A program made the translations under genes and the position numbers. The notes under the pieces are model-generated. The model was not told the DNA's origin. It worked only from the letters and a program-made list of their open reading frames with translations, and did not search any database. A stretch of 63,539 nt of DNA, the filler included, from Phoronis australis (Eukaryota; Animalia; Phoronida), in the NCBI GenBank assembly GCA_002633005.1. It is 11 parts of 11 records of this genome, joined end to end, with 100 filler letters (N's around TTAATTAATTAA, not from the genome) between each part and the next. Parts side by side here need not be neighbours in the genome. Positions count along the whole stretch, not along the records: positions 24,664 to 26,948 come from NMRA01003756.1; positions 27,049 to 29,644 come from NMRA01003575.1; positions 29,745 to 31,262 come from NMRA01002071.1; positions 31,363 to 58,385 come from NMRA01000252.1; 7 more parts are not named here. One strand, written 5' to 3'. Shown here piece by piece: positions 24,664 to 37,402 of the stretch (its first letter is position 1; each line of letters opens with the position of its first letter).

Positions 24664-25345
24664 TGATGCCAGGCACAGGTGATTAGATTAATTCAATATC
24701 GATTCAGCTGATTACATGCAGAGTGTTGACAATATGGGGTTTTGGTTTGAATAATAAAACTTATTTTTTTAAATTTTGTTATGATAGAAATCTTCTACAA
24801 TGATTCAGGATAACTTTTATGGTATGTAAAATAGGTTTAATTGACCAAAACACATTCAAAAAGGTTAAAAGTTTACCTTTAAGGTATGTAATGTGCCACA
24901 AAAGTGAATTGACATTAGGTCAGTCCAGCAACTTGTTCTCCACTTGTTATGTTTTCAATTTTATTGACAGAAACAGTGAATGAAGGCAGACTTTGTGTTT
25001 TGTAGATATTTTTTTAATTCCCAATGACTCAAAAACTTAAACAATCTAAGTCATGATAAGAAACACATGGACTACACTCTCTCAAAGGTCGCTTAGCTTT
25101 TAACAACATGGGTAAAATTGAAGCTTCCATTTCTTAATCCTCCAGATAGATATTTTAGGTATTTTTAGTGAAAATTACCTTGTCAGTGCTCAGCACTGCC
25201 TTCCATGGAGACCCGTGGGCCATTCTCTTCCCATCGAATTCTTGCGATTAATACAAAGCATAAAACTGAGACAGACTAGCTGTGACCTTTTTTCACAAAT
25301 CCTTGGAATAAACTGCAATGAGACTGGATGTTCTTGTGATTTCAG

Positions 25346-25508
25346 TATTGATCTAGTCCAATCCCAGATTCGTGTGGCAGAAGGTAGCTGTTTGCATGAG
25401 CTGGGACTTCTTCAAGAGAACATTCAGGTTAACGGCAGCTCCATCCAGTGTCGGATGACGACAGAAGATCCCGCTAAGAACTTCCAGCCAGACACAGGCA
25501 GAATTGAG
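25346..25508 (+). CDS. PC: Pyruvate carboxylase, internal exon (biotin carboxylase domain)
   Basis: tttcag acceptor, [13 protein letters not shown]...[22 protein letters not shown], gtatgg donor. Confidence 0.95.
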
Positions 25509-25893
25509 GTATGGGCATTAATTGCGAATTAATTGTTGGGTTGAATATTTCAGGTGTCAAGCTTGGAGACTTGATCTGAAATAAGTGTTCTATGGAGCTA
25601 TTTAGATGATTGTTCAAAAATCTATGATTAGGTTTATGGTTCATATTCCAAGTTGTAGGCAAATACCATTTAGTAACCTTTGGTAAGAGTCCCTCCTTCA
25701 AGCATATTTTCTTATCAAGATGTACTATGTACTATAATTGATTGCGCTCTAGCTGACAGAATATAACCTTGTAATCCGAGTTCAATCCTTGAGCAACTGT
25801 GTGATCATCGAAAAAGGCAGCAATAACTAACTTGATTTTAATTCAATTCAACTGCTACTGAACTCAGCTGTTAATTCTTAAACTACTCTGTAG

Positions 25894-26076
25894 GTGTTCC
25901 GTAGTGGTGAGGGCATGGGTATTCGTCTGGATGGTGCCTCGGCCTTTGCTGGAGCCATCATTTCGCCGTACTACGACTCTCTATTGGTCAAGATCATAGC
26001 CTCGGCAGCCACTCACCAGGCGGCGTGTGCTAAGATGTTGAGAGCTTTACAGGAATTCAGGATACGTGGAGTCAAG
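25894..26076 (+). CDS. PC: Pyruvate carboxylase, internal exon
   Basis: tgtag acceptor, [33 protein letters not shown]...[12 protein letters not shown], gtatgt donor. Confidence 0.96.
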
Positions 26077-26234
26077 GTATGTACTAAATGAAAATTATTG
26101 ATGTTGAAAAATATGAAATGCAACATTGGTTTCAACGTCCTTTTTGTGTTTTTGTTTTTATTACTAATTCCATGGCAATGTGTTGGACATGTTCCCTTTT
26201 TCTGAGTCCTAAGTCGTGTTTACTCTATTTACAG

Positions 26235-26469
26235 ACAAACATCCCTTTTCTGCTGAACGTCCTACAGAACGAAAAGTTCCTTTCTGGCAGTGTTGACACG
26301 TACTTCATTGATGAGCACCCCAACCTGTTCACATTTGTTCCAAGTCAGAACCGTGCACAGAAGCTGCTGCACTACCTCGGTGATGTCATGGTCAACGGTC
26401 CCTCCACACCTTTGGCTACTAACCTGGAACCTCCGCAAGTTGTGCCCAACGTTCCAGAACTTCCATTTG
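26235..26469 (+). CDS. PC: Pyruvate carboxylase, internal exon
   Basis: tacag acceptor, [10 protein letters not shown]...FIDEHPNLF...[19 protein letters not shown]..., gtaagt donor. Confidence 0.96.
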
Positions 26470-26948
26470 GTAAGTAATGATCAGGGAGATGTCACGGGGT
26501 TGATGAGTTGAGCTTAGGGCCATGGCAGTGATGTTAGAGGATTCTACTGTGAGTACCCCTAGGGTAATGATGGAAAGATTCATGTTCGAGGGCAATTGTT
26601 GGATGTAATTATGAACTTTGTTTTAAGGTGTTTGATGCTATTTGAAACACTGTTGTTGTTAGTATTGTATCTGTTTTAGCAAAGCAATGAAACCAACTGT
26701 AGGCACTTTTAGGACTGAAGACTTGTTAGGTGAATCTCCTATAAAAATCAATTGATGAAAATGGTAAGACCAATTAGTTGACTCTGGCCAGTGGAGTGGA
26801 ATGTTTTTACTTCCTCACAATTTCAAAAAATAAAATCCACCCGAGTGAGACGAGCAAATATGATGCCATGGCTTGGCAAATCATGCCGTTTGAAACCTTG
26901 CTTACCTTTGCTTTTGTGCAGCTTTTCAAAGAACACCAGACATTGTCA

Positions 26949-27048
26949 NNNNNNNNNNNNNNNNNNNNNNNNNNNNNNNNNNNNNNNNNNNNTTAATTAA
27001 TTAANNNNNNNNNNNNNNNNNNNNNNNNNNNNNNNNNNNNNNNNNNNN
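26949..27048. other. Artificial contig linker
   Basis: N44-TTAATTAATTAA-N44. Confidence 0.98.
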
Positions 27049-27784
27049 GATACACCAGGCTCCCCTTTCCCATAAAAATGTTGTTTTTCCTCGAGATTTG
27101 TTATGTGACGAAGCCATGGTTGCAACGCTTCCGCGGGAATGTAAGTGAAATTAAAACACTCTGCAAAGTTGGGTGGGGTGTCGTGGCGACCTCGTCTTCC
27201 AAATCGGCTTGTACGGAGCAACTTATTTTGTCAGACTGGACCACGAGTCTAAAATCTGTTGGAAGGTACCTTTTTCGTCATCTCTATCGACGATGACTTG
27301 AAGCGGACTTCAAAGAAAGTATTTTTTTCTAGTTTATCTAATGCAACAAATAAACAACGCTAAACACCCAAAAATTCACGCATAGAATCTGTGGAAAATC
27401 AAAAGCGTCACAAGCAAAACTTTTATCTGAATGACACGAGTGAATTGACCGCTTCCTGCTATCAGTTAACTCGCCTTAGTCAACTACCAGGAATCGCTTC
27501 TTATCCGAGTGATGAACAAATGGTGGCTTGTCTGACAACGACAAGTCGTGTGAGTCAAAGCTGCCAATAAGGTGCTTGAAGATCAGTTGAGGATAAGACA
27601 AGGCACAGACTCCTAACCGCGGTCTTGCACGCAATTTGTTTAACGAGTGATTATCAACGGTACGAAAATATGGAAATATAGAGACTTTTCAAATGTTCGG
27701 TCATTTGAAATGATGTGCAGAAACGGCAGCATACAGTGAAGTTAACATGATTTAAAGACACAAAGAATAGAAAAGGCCCCCTTT

Positions 27785-27858
27785 ATGGGCGGCGCACCAT
27801 AGGGGGCTGGGGGGGCTATAGCTCCAGCCCTTATTTCAGTGCCGGTGCGCCGCCCATG
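27785..27858. repeat. Very short GC-rich inverted-repeat element (MITE remnant)
   Basis: ATGGGCGGCGCACC ... GGTGCGCCGCCCAT, perfect 14-bp inverted ends around a G-rich core. Confidence 0.55.
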
Positions 27859-28927
27859 GTCACATAGGGGGCTGCCCATGCCTTTTGGTCCCTTGAACCG
27901 AATTTGTACATTACGAAACTTGTACAAGTAGATAAAGTGACGACATAAACGTTAAAATCTAAGCCACTCTAAAGACACGTTTAACTATTAAAATTACCAC
28001 TGCAATAAGAAAATCTTCAGGTTCAGTTTTCAACGATCATTCACGATAATTCTTTAAAACAATCTTTTTCAGCACGCATGCAGACTGGTGCGTGTGGACC
28101 ACCATGCTCGCCCCAATTTTCCATTGCTTTAAAAAGGATTTCTTTCTTTTTTATTTCATGCCATACCATTATTGGTGACAAATAACACGACACGGGTGAT
28201 TTTATGCTTTTTTATTTATTGAGGTGTGTTGGCAATAACTGGGTCACAGCTCTATACGCAAAAGTGGCGGTGTGGTAAACCATATGGGTTCAAGGTACTA
28301 CGAAACAACAGTAAGCATCTAGGTAACAGATGGGTACGCAAACTAGCAAATGAGCACGGGGTACCAGCCGCGAAACAGCAGTAAACGTTTAGGTACTTTA
28401 TGGGTACAGCAGAACAATTACATAGTTTTTACGTTGCTAGGGAGTGCAAGATGGGTACGCGGTACCAGATGGGTTGACCGATTGCCTACTAGATGAGATC
28501 GAGCAAAACGGCGAATAGACTAGATATTGGTACACAAACTACTAAATGGACTAAGGTATATCCAGATGGACATATATAACCAACAACTGGGAGATGGGTG
28601 AGTGAGCAGACATTCCTGAGTGTGGTGACGTTAATAATGGTGTTGATGCCAATAATTTTATAACTGAAGCAAGGCTATAGTTGGGTATTCAATTGATAAA
28701 TAATTCATTTCTAACCGTTGCATCTGATATGACGGCAAATTCCCTCAAGCGAAAGTGTCAATAGTTTCTCAATAACCGCTTTAATTCTTGGGTACACGGA
28801 TAATTCAGTAATTCAATTTGCAACGTTCGTCACAAACTCGCGCTATACGGTTTTCGTTATTGTTTTAGAGAGAGGTGAACTTTTGTAAATCAATCGTTAC
28901 TAGAACAATTATAAAAGGTTTATAGGT

Positions 28928-29527
28928 TCAGACATATGATGACCCAGTAGTGGTAAAATCTCTCGTCATTTTATCGCCCTGAACTGCTTGTACGTGATCA
29001 AGTTCCTGCACCACCTCCTTACTCGTAACCAGATCGTTACTTGGTGGGGTGACAATCTTTGAGCGTGTGCTTTTCCTTGTGGTGTCATCGGGATGTTCTT
29101 TTGGTGGAAACGGAGTGTGTCCCGTGTCACACGCATTCAAGTCGCCGACACGGCTTTTCTCGTTGATATTGCACTGATTAGTTGCCATGTCATGTGTCCT
29201 GTCTAATCTCTCAACACTGATGACTTCGCCAGAAAACGTGTCATGTACAGATTTATTCCAACCTCCCTTTCCAGCTCGCCTCCGCCTTATCTTCACAGTC
29301 CCCTCCCCCACACGGGTCCGCCTCTTTCTCCTGTATTTAAAATGGCACACTCCTAGGAAGACAAACACTAATACAATTGTAGAGAAAAACAGTATTATTC
29401 CGCCATAGATTAAGAAACGTTCGTCGATCACGTTTGTTGAAGGTTTTTCCGTCGACGTCACACGAGCAGTGAAGAAATCCGTCGGGGTTGTTATAATTTC
29501 TGTTCTCGTTTTTGCGACCATGTCCAT
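28928..29527 (-). CDS. Single-pass membrane protein, probable terminal exon
   Basis: 199-aa ORF: Thr-rich stalk, hydrophobic helix FLIYGGIILFFSTIVLVFVFLGVC, basic stop-transfer KYRRKRR, cytoplasmic tail ending SSYV; 5' boundary uncertain. Confidence 0.65.
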   Translation of the reverse strand: MDMVAKTRTEIITTPTDFFTARVTSTEKPSTNVIDERFLIYGGIILFFSTIVLVFVFLGVCHFKYRRKRRTRVGEGTVKIRRRRAGKGGWNKSVHDTFSGEVISVERLDRTHDMATNQCNINEKSRVGDLNACDTGHTPFPPKEHPDDTTRKSTRSKIVTPPSNDLVTSKEVVQELDHVQAVQGDKMTRDFTTTGSSYV

Positions 29528-29644
29528 GGGTTTGTCCTAATGCGCCATCTTTGTATGATTTTAATTCATCTGTGTGGTAATAGTTGTCAAGACTGTCTTG
29601 CTGAACCAACTCAGTTATTTTCAAGTTGCATAGTTGCAATAAAT

Positions 29645-29744
29645 NNNNNNNNNNNNNNNNNNNNNNNNNNNNNNNNNNNNNNNNNNNNTTAATTAATTAA
29701 NNNNNNNNNNNNNNNNNNNNNNNNNNNNNNNNNNNNNNNNNNNN
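29645..29744. other. Artificial contig linker
   Basis: N44-TTAATTAATTAA-N44. Confidence 0.98.
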
Positions 29745-31031
29745 TATTTCGAGTAGACTCCAAACGTACTCAAATCTGACACTCATACTCGAGTTGCTAT
29801 GGAACTCTTTATGATGTGAAGTGCAAAATCACGCAAAGCCGCGCTGATTCATCGCTCGCTATTGGAATAGACCACCCCAAGAACTAGGCCTACATTATCG
29901 TCTGCTGTCGCTACAAGTACAAGAGTATGTCTACAACGTGGAATTCTGAGTGTTCTGTAACTGTTATTCATTTTTTAGTTTCAATAAATATTCTTATGCC
30001 ATTTATTTGATACATTTGGCAATTATTAAGCTTTACTTCTTGACTTCCTCACCCAGTCCCGAAAATGTCTGAAATTTGTAACAGCTTATCACATCACCTC
30101 ACATCTCTGTTGCTAATTTAGTCTTGATATAAAACCCATTGCTGTGTAGGCCTACGCTGATGTCAAACTTTGATACTGTATCTTTGTATTTTACCAGGAT
30201 GTATCAAGTGAGTTGACATTTGGCATGTGAGTTAAAAAACAATACTTGTGCAGGCATTCAGAGTTCACCAGTGGCAATGAACGGGACGAGATGTCTGCTT
30301 AGAAATCGGCAAACAAAATCTGGAATTCCATTTGGGGATTGAGGAAATATAGATGACTAAGTTATGATGAGAAATGTACCTGACATGGAAGCGAACTGTT
30401 TTTAACTTCCCTCCCCTCTTCGTCTTTTGGAAACCCTACAAGACGTAGGCACACATACCGAAATAAGGGCAGCACGAACTTCTCACACGACTTTTCCCAC
30501 AACTGCTTTCGACGCTTGTTATGACTCGCCGACAAGGGATTACAATGCGCCTGTTGCCAGGAATTGTAGGGGTAGAATGGCGGCCATAACATACAGTGAT
30601 ACGGCGGGTTAATGAGGTGAAGAATAAGAAGATTTAAAATGAAAACTTTTATCTCTGAACTGAAATTGAAGTGCCGAGATACGGTAAGAGGACTTACTTT
30701 TTTTAGATTTGCTGTGTTTCTTGGTTCCCTTTCGATATTTTGTTCTCTGGCTCGTATTTATTTTCGAGTACGATTTCAAGCACACTGCCATACCAAACTT
30801 GAAATTTGAGCATAGATTCCAAATTTTTACTCAAAATCGTACTCGAAATATAGATGAGATACACTTCAGTTCGAGTACACTCGAAAACTGAGTACGTGCT
30901 CGAAATTTCGAGTAGAGATTTTTCGAGTATGACATTGAATACACCAAAGCTGAGTCTGTACTCGAGTTGAGTATGAAGTGTGAGTTTGAGCATGATTCGA
31001 GTCTGAGTACGGAGATTGGAGACCGGCCCTG
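29745..31031. mobile_element. hAT-like non-autonomous element inserted in a Copia integrase
   Basis: Right terminus ...GGAGACCGGCCCTG (CAGGG on minus strand), with clustered ACTCGA/TCGAGT motifs at 30765-31010 and again at 29745-29795; left end cut by the contig edge. Confidence 0.5.
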
Positions 31032-31262
31032 ATCCTTACGCTTGATGAAGTACACCCAAGTATACCGGGAATAATCGTCGACAAATGATAGAAAGTATTC
31101 ACAGCCACTGAGGGAAGCTGTGCTCACTTTACCACAAACATCAGTGTGCACGAGTCCCAGAGGAACATTGCTACGATGAGCCTTGCCTTTTGGAAAGCTG
31201 GCTCTGTGTAGTTTACCTTGAACACAAGGCTCACAAACTCCCAGTTCACAATCCGACTTACA
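31032..31262 (-). mobile_element. Ty1/Copia LTR retrotransposon integrase fragment
   Basis: CEPCVQGKLHRASFP...LGLVHTDVCGKVSTASLSGCEYFLSFVDDYSRYTWVYFIKRKD = Copia pre-integrase zinc-binding motif plus start of the rve core. Confidence 0.92.
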
Positions 31263-31362
31263 NNNNNNNNNNNNNNNNNNNNNNNNNNNNNNNNNNNNNN
31301 NNNNNNTTAATTAATTAANNNNNNNNNNNNNNNNNNNNNNNNNNNNNNNNNNNNNNNNNNNN
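31263..31362. other. Artificial contig linker
   Basis: N44-TTAATTAATTAA-N44. Confidence 0.98.
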
Positions 31363-32109
31363 AAATGATTCTGTTCGAAGCACAAACTGGAGTAGAAAAT
31401 TTGGTCAAAAAGGACTCATTCCACACCAAGAAATTGCCTCATTTTGCCCCCAAGAACACTTCCCTTGTATCTCCTAAACCACCAAACTTTGTGATGTCAT
31501 ACTTCACCCAATTTCTCTCATCCCTAATGTGATTTATCAGACTAAACATGGATCTGAATGGCTGACCCCCCACCTTGCCGCTTGTTGGCTGTACAGTGGT
31601 CGGTGGATCCGTGGACTGATACTTAACATACGAGAGGGTGTGCTCTGAGAAGATCGAGACTCAGCAAGTCCTTTCCCGCTATTCGGTGCTATAGTACGCG
31701 ACAGTTGTTGAAGGTGGCCTAATGGGGTAATGGTAATGGCAGGTAATGCCTATTTCTTCCACAAATTATTTCGTAAAAACTCACATTACTTCAGAATCCA
31801 GCATACATGTAGTACACTGGACAATTATCATAAAATGTTTCGTATACGTTACTGGTGATGTATTCTTTGACTCGTTAGCTTTGAAATGCAGGAGTTCGAT
31901 CAAAACAAAGATAGATTTAAAGAGCTGTAAATCCACCGACATTCTTTCACTGGAAGTCGCCATGTTGGTGACCTAGGTTGACCTATTATACAACTGACCA
32001 ATAGGATGCCTTGTTTCTTGAAATCGGAACAGCCAATGATATTCCAAGAATGCGGATGGAAAAGTGTCCTGTAGCAGACCCCAACCAACCTCGAGGGTCT
32101 GTGCAGGAG

Positions 32110-34017
32110 ACTCCAGTCCCTCATGTTTCTTCCAGGAAAGGAAATAAGCTTTTGTCCACACATGACTCGTTGCCTATGAAAGGGCATCCTCACCAACGAG
32201 GCTGACTTTTTTGCAGTCAGATATAGTTTCTCTTCATTCACAAACAATCCACTGGCACATTGTTTTATGGTAACTTAATACTGCGATTCACATTTCTCCA
32301 GGGCCACTGACCTGTACATTGTGCCATGCAGCCGTGCTGGTGTGTGGAAATGCTGTGGGTAGAGAAAGAGGTAACAAAGCTTGTCTGTGTTGTGGCTTGA
32401 AGTGGCCTTAAAATGTTACTGAACCTGGAACAAATATTGAATAATTAAGTGCTCCAGGTTCGGTCAAAAATGGTACCCCTGTTTTTCTAAAATAGGATAT
32501 GGTGACTGCTCTACAATTTCACGCAGAATTAAATAATTACTATTTTCAGAAAGAAAAGGGTGTATATAATAAGTATTGTATAAAACTGCGTCTTTATTTT
32601 TCATTCGTAGCCATAGCAATTTTTAAACGCTTCACTTGTCTGCAAAATATGCAAGTTTTTTAGACAATTTCAAACCTTTGTTACCCACTTTCAAGCCTTT
32701 TTATTTTTGATACTTTCAGCAATTGTTAACTCCGATTACAGATTCATGGGTCTGTCAAGCATACTTCTCGTCTAAGGCTGATGGAACCGTTTCTCAAACT
32801 TTTTATCTTTCTTCTAATAGACGATATGAAGATTTGGGCCATTTAAAATGATGGATAATCTTTCTGTTGTTTAAGAGTAATTACAAATCGTAACGCACCA
32901 TCAATTATGCAATTTTCACAATTTATAAACGACTTGCAACATTTCAAGGCATGAGTTAAGATTATTCAGTCACTGAGAATTCAGAACATGAAATGTATTT
33001 TTATGGGTTTACAATTGATAGCAAAACAGTTTCACGAAATAAACTTCATGAAGGCTAATAATTACTTCACCATGCTCTTTCCCTCAGACATGTATTACCT
33101 GTTATTTTCACACACTCAGTTGCACCAAATTTTATAACCCCAAACCTCTGTGCCAATCCCCCGGTAAGGACCTGAATAAGTCAATTAACAAAACGACTTA
33201 CATACCTTTCTTTAAAAATAGCTGTTTCTTTTCAAAGCCTTTGTTCGTTGTCTCCGATATACAAAGTAGGCTTTGACAACAGATCTGCACTGGATGGGAA
33301 GATCTTGCTCGTTAGCTGCAGTCAAATGGTTAAAACCAATTTTTGTCCATTCAGGGACGGTGCAGAAACGATGCATATCTCCTCTGCACGGTACAAGCCC
33401 TGAAACCTAAAAACCAAAGGTTACGTGAAAACAAACATGATAGATTTCCATTTCAAGGTGTTATAGATTTCCGGAAGACATAGGATAGGGAGTAAGCAAA
33501 TAGTCTAATGGGCATTTGTCACGTACCCTTTGACATTGGGCTTGGATTGTAATCTTAACTCACTAACCAACATCGAGTTGACAGCATAAACATTCAGCAT
33601 TGATTGATGTAACTGTCACTGATAAACCTATTAGAAGTAATTCCAAACAATAATACTGCTTTGATGTACGAAAAGATCCCGAGTGGTACGTTAAGTATCG
33701 TAACACACAACACATTGAACAAAGATTAACCCGACTGGCCACTGCCGCGAAGTCGACATCGGCGAGTACCTCAGTTAACAAGCATCAGTAGAATAAACAT
33801 GAAATATCCGTTAAAATAATCACATACCTTACCTTTGTATAAGGTCGTGCTTACTTCCTCTCGTAGATGCACCCTTTTCACGCAATCTTAGATTCGGTTG
33901 GCACGGCTGCAACCCATTTCACCAAGTATTTAAAGGGCTCGCGAAATCGAGGCTGCTTATCTATCACCACTAGTACACGCGCGCCCTCTAGTTAATGTAA
34001 ATTTTCCGAATAGCCCC
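32110..34017 (-). mobile_element. Degenerate DNA transposon (ISL2EU-like), copy 2
   Basis: Aligns with 13820-14430 and 16065-16457; terminus ...CCGAATAGCCCC-AT at 34017; decayed spliced SAP-like exon (LRxKGASxRGSKHDLIQR, gtaag); left boundary not determined. Confidence 0.6.
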
Positions 34018-34019
34018 AT

Positions 34020-35440
34020 TGGCCGTACTCTCAGCAACTTTCGCTTCGCTGCGCAAAGAAAACCACTCCGGGGTTCTATGTTGCATATAACGTGGATCAG
34101 TCAACTTGTTGAAGTTCGGGTTCAGTGAATAAAAGTTCTGTTGTTCTGAAAGCTTTACTAAATACCCGGAATAAAGGTTTGATTTCCCATTTAGGTCAAA
34201 TCCCAATTTTGTGATCTCTACCGACCGCTGTAGACATTCTTTTAGGTGGGCACGAATTTCACTGCGTTTTGTTCTCATTAAAGAGATGACCGGGAAATAC
34301 TTGGATTTCATCCAGTCATCTTTGCCGAGTCACTTGAACTTCTCTTCAGAGCGGATTAGCGTCTGTTCAGCGTCTCTCATTGTTTTATTACGATATCCTA
34401 TGAACTTAATCAACTCTGACGCTGAGGGTATTGCACTAATGATCTGAGCAGAATAGTTCATTAGTATATCCGTTTCTTTTGTTAGCTCATCTACGAATTC
34501 CACTTCCCTTTCAACGTGGTTCAGTCTTTCCTGACGAGTTGACTTTGGTTCAAAACCCCACAGGTCAATTCTCCATGCGTTTGCCCTTTCCGCGACTAAT
34601 TTTTTCCATCGACAGCTACAATTACAGTAGAGCTTTCATAAGTGTATATTTTCAATTATCTGCCTGTTTATTCCTGTAAAAACGGAATCCTTTCAGAAAG
34701 GTTAATATGTTGTGTTGCAGTCAGAGATGCCACCGCAAAGTTCACTGTGGATTCACCTGGGCTATACTCTCCCCTTTCTGTTGACTGATCTAAAATCTGA
34801 CCTGTATTTCATTGTCCAGACATAAATCTTATGAACTTTCCACGAAATAGCTGGTAGCCAGTTTCCCAGTACCGAAGTGTTTGTGGGTTTTGATAACGCA
34901 TTTTGGAAGTGTTTTCCGCCGAAAATCACTCAACTATATCCAGGAATAATAGGAAACTTATGTTGTTCAAAGGCAGTCTACCTGATGCAAGAAGTTCCTT
35001 CAGTTTCACGTAAGATTCCACGAGACTGTTTTCTTTCATTGTTTCTATGACTTGGGGGAAGCAAGAAGCATAACTGGTCAAACTCTAATTCTTCATTACT
35101 GAGAGTCTCGTCTATTTTCAGATTCTCTTTGGCAAACTCATTATTATTGCTTGACTTCACTGGCGTATTCGGTGATTTCCTTTTGTTGTCGCAATTTTGT
35201 ACAAAAATATTCGGCACTCACTTTCATCGGCCGCAACAAATTGTTTTCCCCCACCTGATACGTCTCGTGAGACAACTCCTGGGTGCATCTCAGTTTGGAG
35301 TCCCATTTTCTCAGTGGTTTCATGCAAAAGGAGACGTCTGTACTTTGAAACCTTGGGGTGGTGCACCGCCACGGCATGGGCAATGTTTTTTTCATGGTCG
35401 TTGAAGCTTGTCGGGTAACAATAACAATGAAACTGTTTCC
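34020..35440 (-). pseudogene. Decayed transposase-like gene with a YqaJ/lambda-exonuclease motif
   Basis: Frameshifted minus-strand reading: YWETGYQLFRGKFIRFMSG...VNFAVAS...VIVAVDGKK...IDLWGFEP...DPRYMQHRTPEWFSLRSEAKVAESTA; the last block fits YqaJ motif Q-x-S/T-x-EW...R...(V/I)T(A/G)S. Confidence 0.6.
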
Positions 35441-37402
35441 TGAAATAAAAATAAAAATTATTTGTGAAAATATCCATAACTAGTAAAATAGTACGCTTGG
35501 TGCACATGTAGTGCTCATGGCGATTTTGTGGAAATATAATTATGCTATGATATGCTATGACATTTAGTTTTTGACACGAAAGTAACACAGTAATGACGCA
35601 AAATATCATTAATTCATTGTACCACACATGTTTTGTAACTTTTAAAACGTTATTACTAAAACGTCCACTGTTGTTCAACACACCACAATGCGTTTCCGAT
35701 CGCTTTAGCGAACGCAAATTTGCGTTCCCGTTGCGTTCCTGATCGCTTATCATTGCGTTCTCGATCGCTTCGTTCAACAGAAAAGGGTTCTCATATCAGA
35801 GACCCTCACAATGCTACGGAAAACAAGCGTTGGGTTATATTTTCACAAGCCATTTCTTCATAACTAAACCAAAATTTGCAAAAATAACATACAAATCACT
35901 TTCGGCCCAAGCTATCTGTCCTTCCAAAATGTGTTACGCCTTGAACTCGTGTCTGTTTTCGTATTGAAACTAAAAAGAACCAAACATTCATCAAATTTAC
36001 TTACATTTTCTGGCTTCGCTTCTCGTGCCAAATTTCGTTCTCGATCGCCTTCCGGTTGCGGGACTTCGCAACGGTAACTGCGGAGGGCATGATATAACTG
36101 GGTATGTTGGAAATATCCACTGAAAACTGGGGAACATAATTTGTATCTTCGGTCCTTTGAACTAGTTCTCAACTCTCTCCACCTGTTTTCTTCTTCAGTC
36201 GTAACCAATGTTTTCAGGCCAACCCGTCTCCTGAACGCCGCCCTTAGTGATCCGCTCACTTTCCCCCACCCCTCCTTTTGGTCATCTTGTAACCAGCTGT
36301 GACTTTAAACAGGGCTTTAACGTCACATGGGACTGAGCCACATGGAAATTACTACAGATGTTCACTTATTGACTATGACAGCAAGTGGTTGGCATCTAAA
36401 ACTAATTTGATATACTAATAGAACCTAGATGTAAATTGTTTATTTTTCAGTGAGAACAGTCAATCCTTGTCCGACATCTTGTGGAGTGCCGTCTCAACCA
36501 CATGACCCAATAGGTACTTTCCCGGGGACCCCGGGGACGCCCGTCCAAGTTCCTTAGTAACAGGTAGTTTTTACTTTATACACTCAGGCGCTTGGTGCCG
36601 GGTTTGTATGTACAATGAGCAAACTAAGGCAGGAATCAAGGATGCTCCGCACAAAACACAGGCTGGTTCAAAAACTTTCAGGATTTTCAAATTTCCTCGT
36701 TTTATTTTCAACGATTGTTTCAAGCTACATTCATCCTTAGAACTAGTTGTATGGTTTAAGATACCCATTTAGAGTTACGAAAAGCCTTCGTGTTTGTTCG
36801 ACATAATTTGTTTTCAACATGACGAGAGACTTGACCTAAAGATGCCAAGTGACGGACGCAAAAAAGATGAACAAAAAGAAAAGAGTAGAGAATTGCATCG
36901 CTTTCAGTTGACAAAGGAATGCTTAGTTGTTGCTCGCACGAGGAAAGCAGGGATGCCCAGCGATTCGAGTCACAGTTTTTATAGTGAATGTTCTCGTTTA
37001 AAATTACTTGAACTTCTTCTGACGAACTACGTCTCCTGGAAAATATATCCAATGCTTAACACAGATATTTAACAGCCATGTTAGATAGACTTCCATTTTT
37101 GTTTGTAATAATTTTCAACAGGGTTGATAAAATCTCATGAATTTTAATTGTAGGATATTTTTTATCAAATCCAGACCAGCATGGTATGCAGTCTCATGTC
37201 ACGCGAGCGCTACTTGACGTGTAAACATCTTGGCTTTTAAACAAATTTAGAAGCGTATTTAGATCTGGCTTCGAGTGCCCTAACAGGTTTACAATGCAAT
37301 GCTACTCAGTTGTTGTTTAATCCTGTTCATGTGTATTGGACATGTTACTGAGACAAATAATACCCACATTGCTTAGATCGTTTTAGTCAAGGTAAGTCTA
37401 CA

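Noticed and set aside
24436-26469. PSMA2 and pyruvate carboxylase as neighbours or a fusion
   Set aside because: Separated by an artificial linker, so they are on different contigs.
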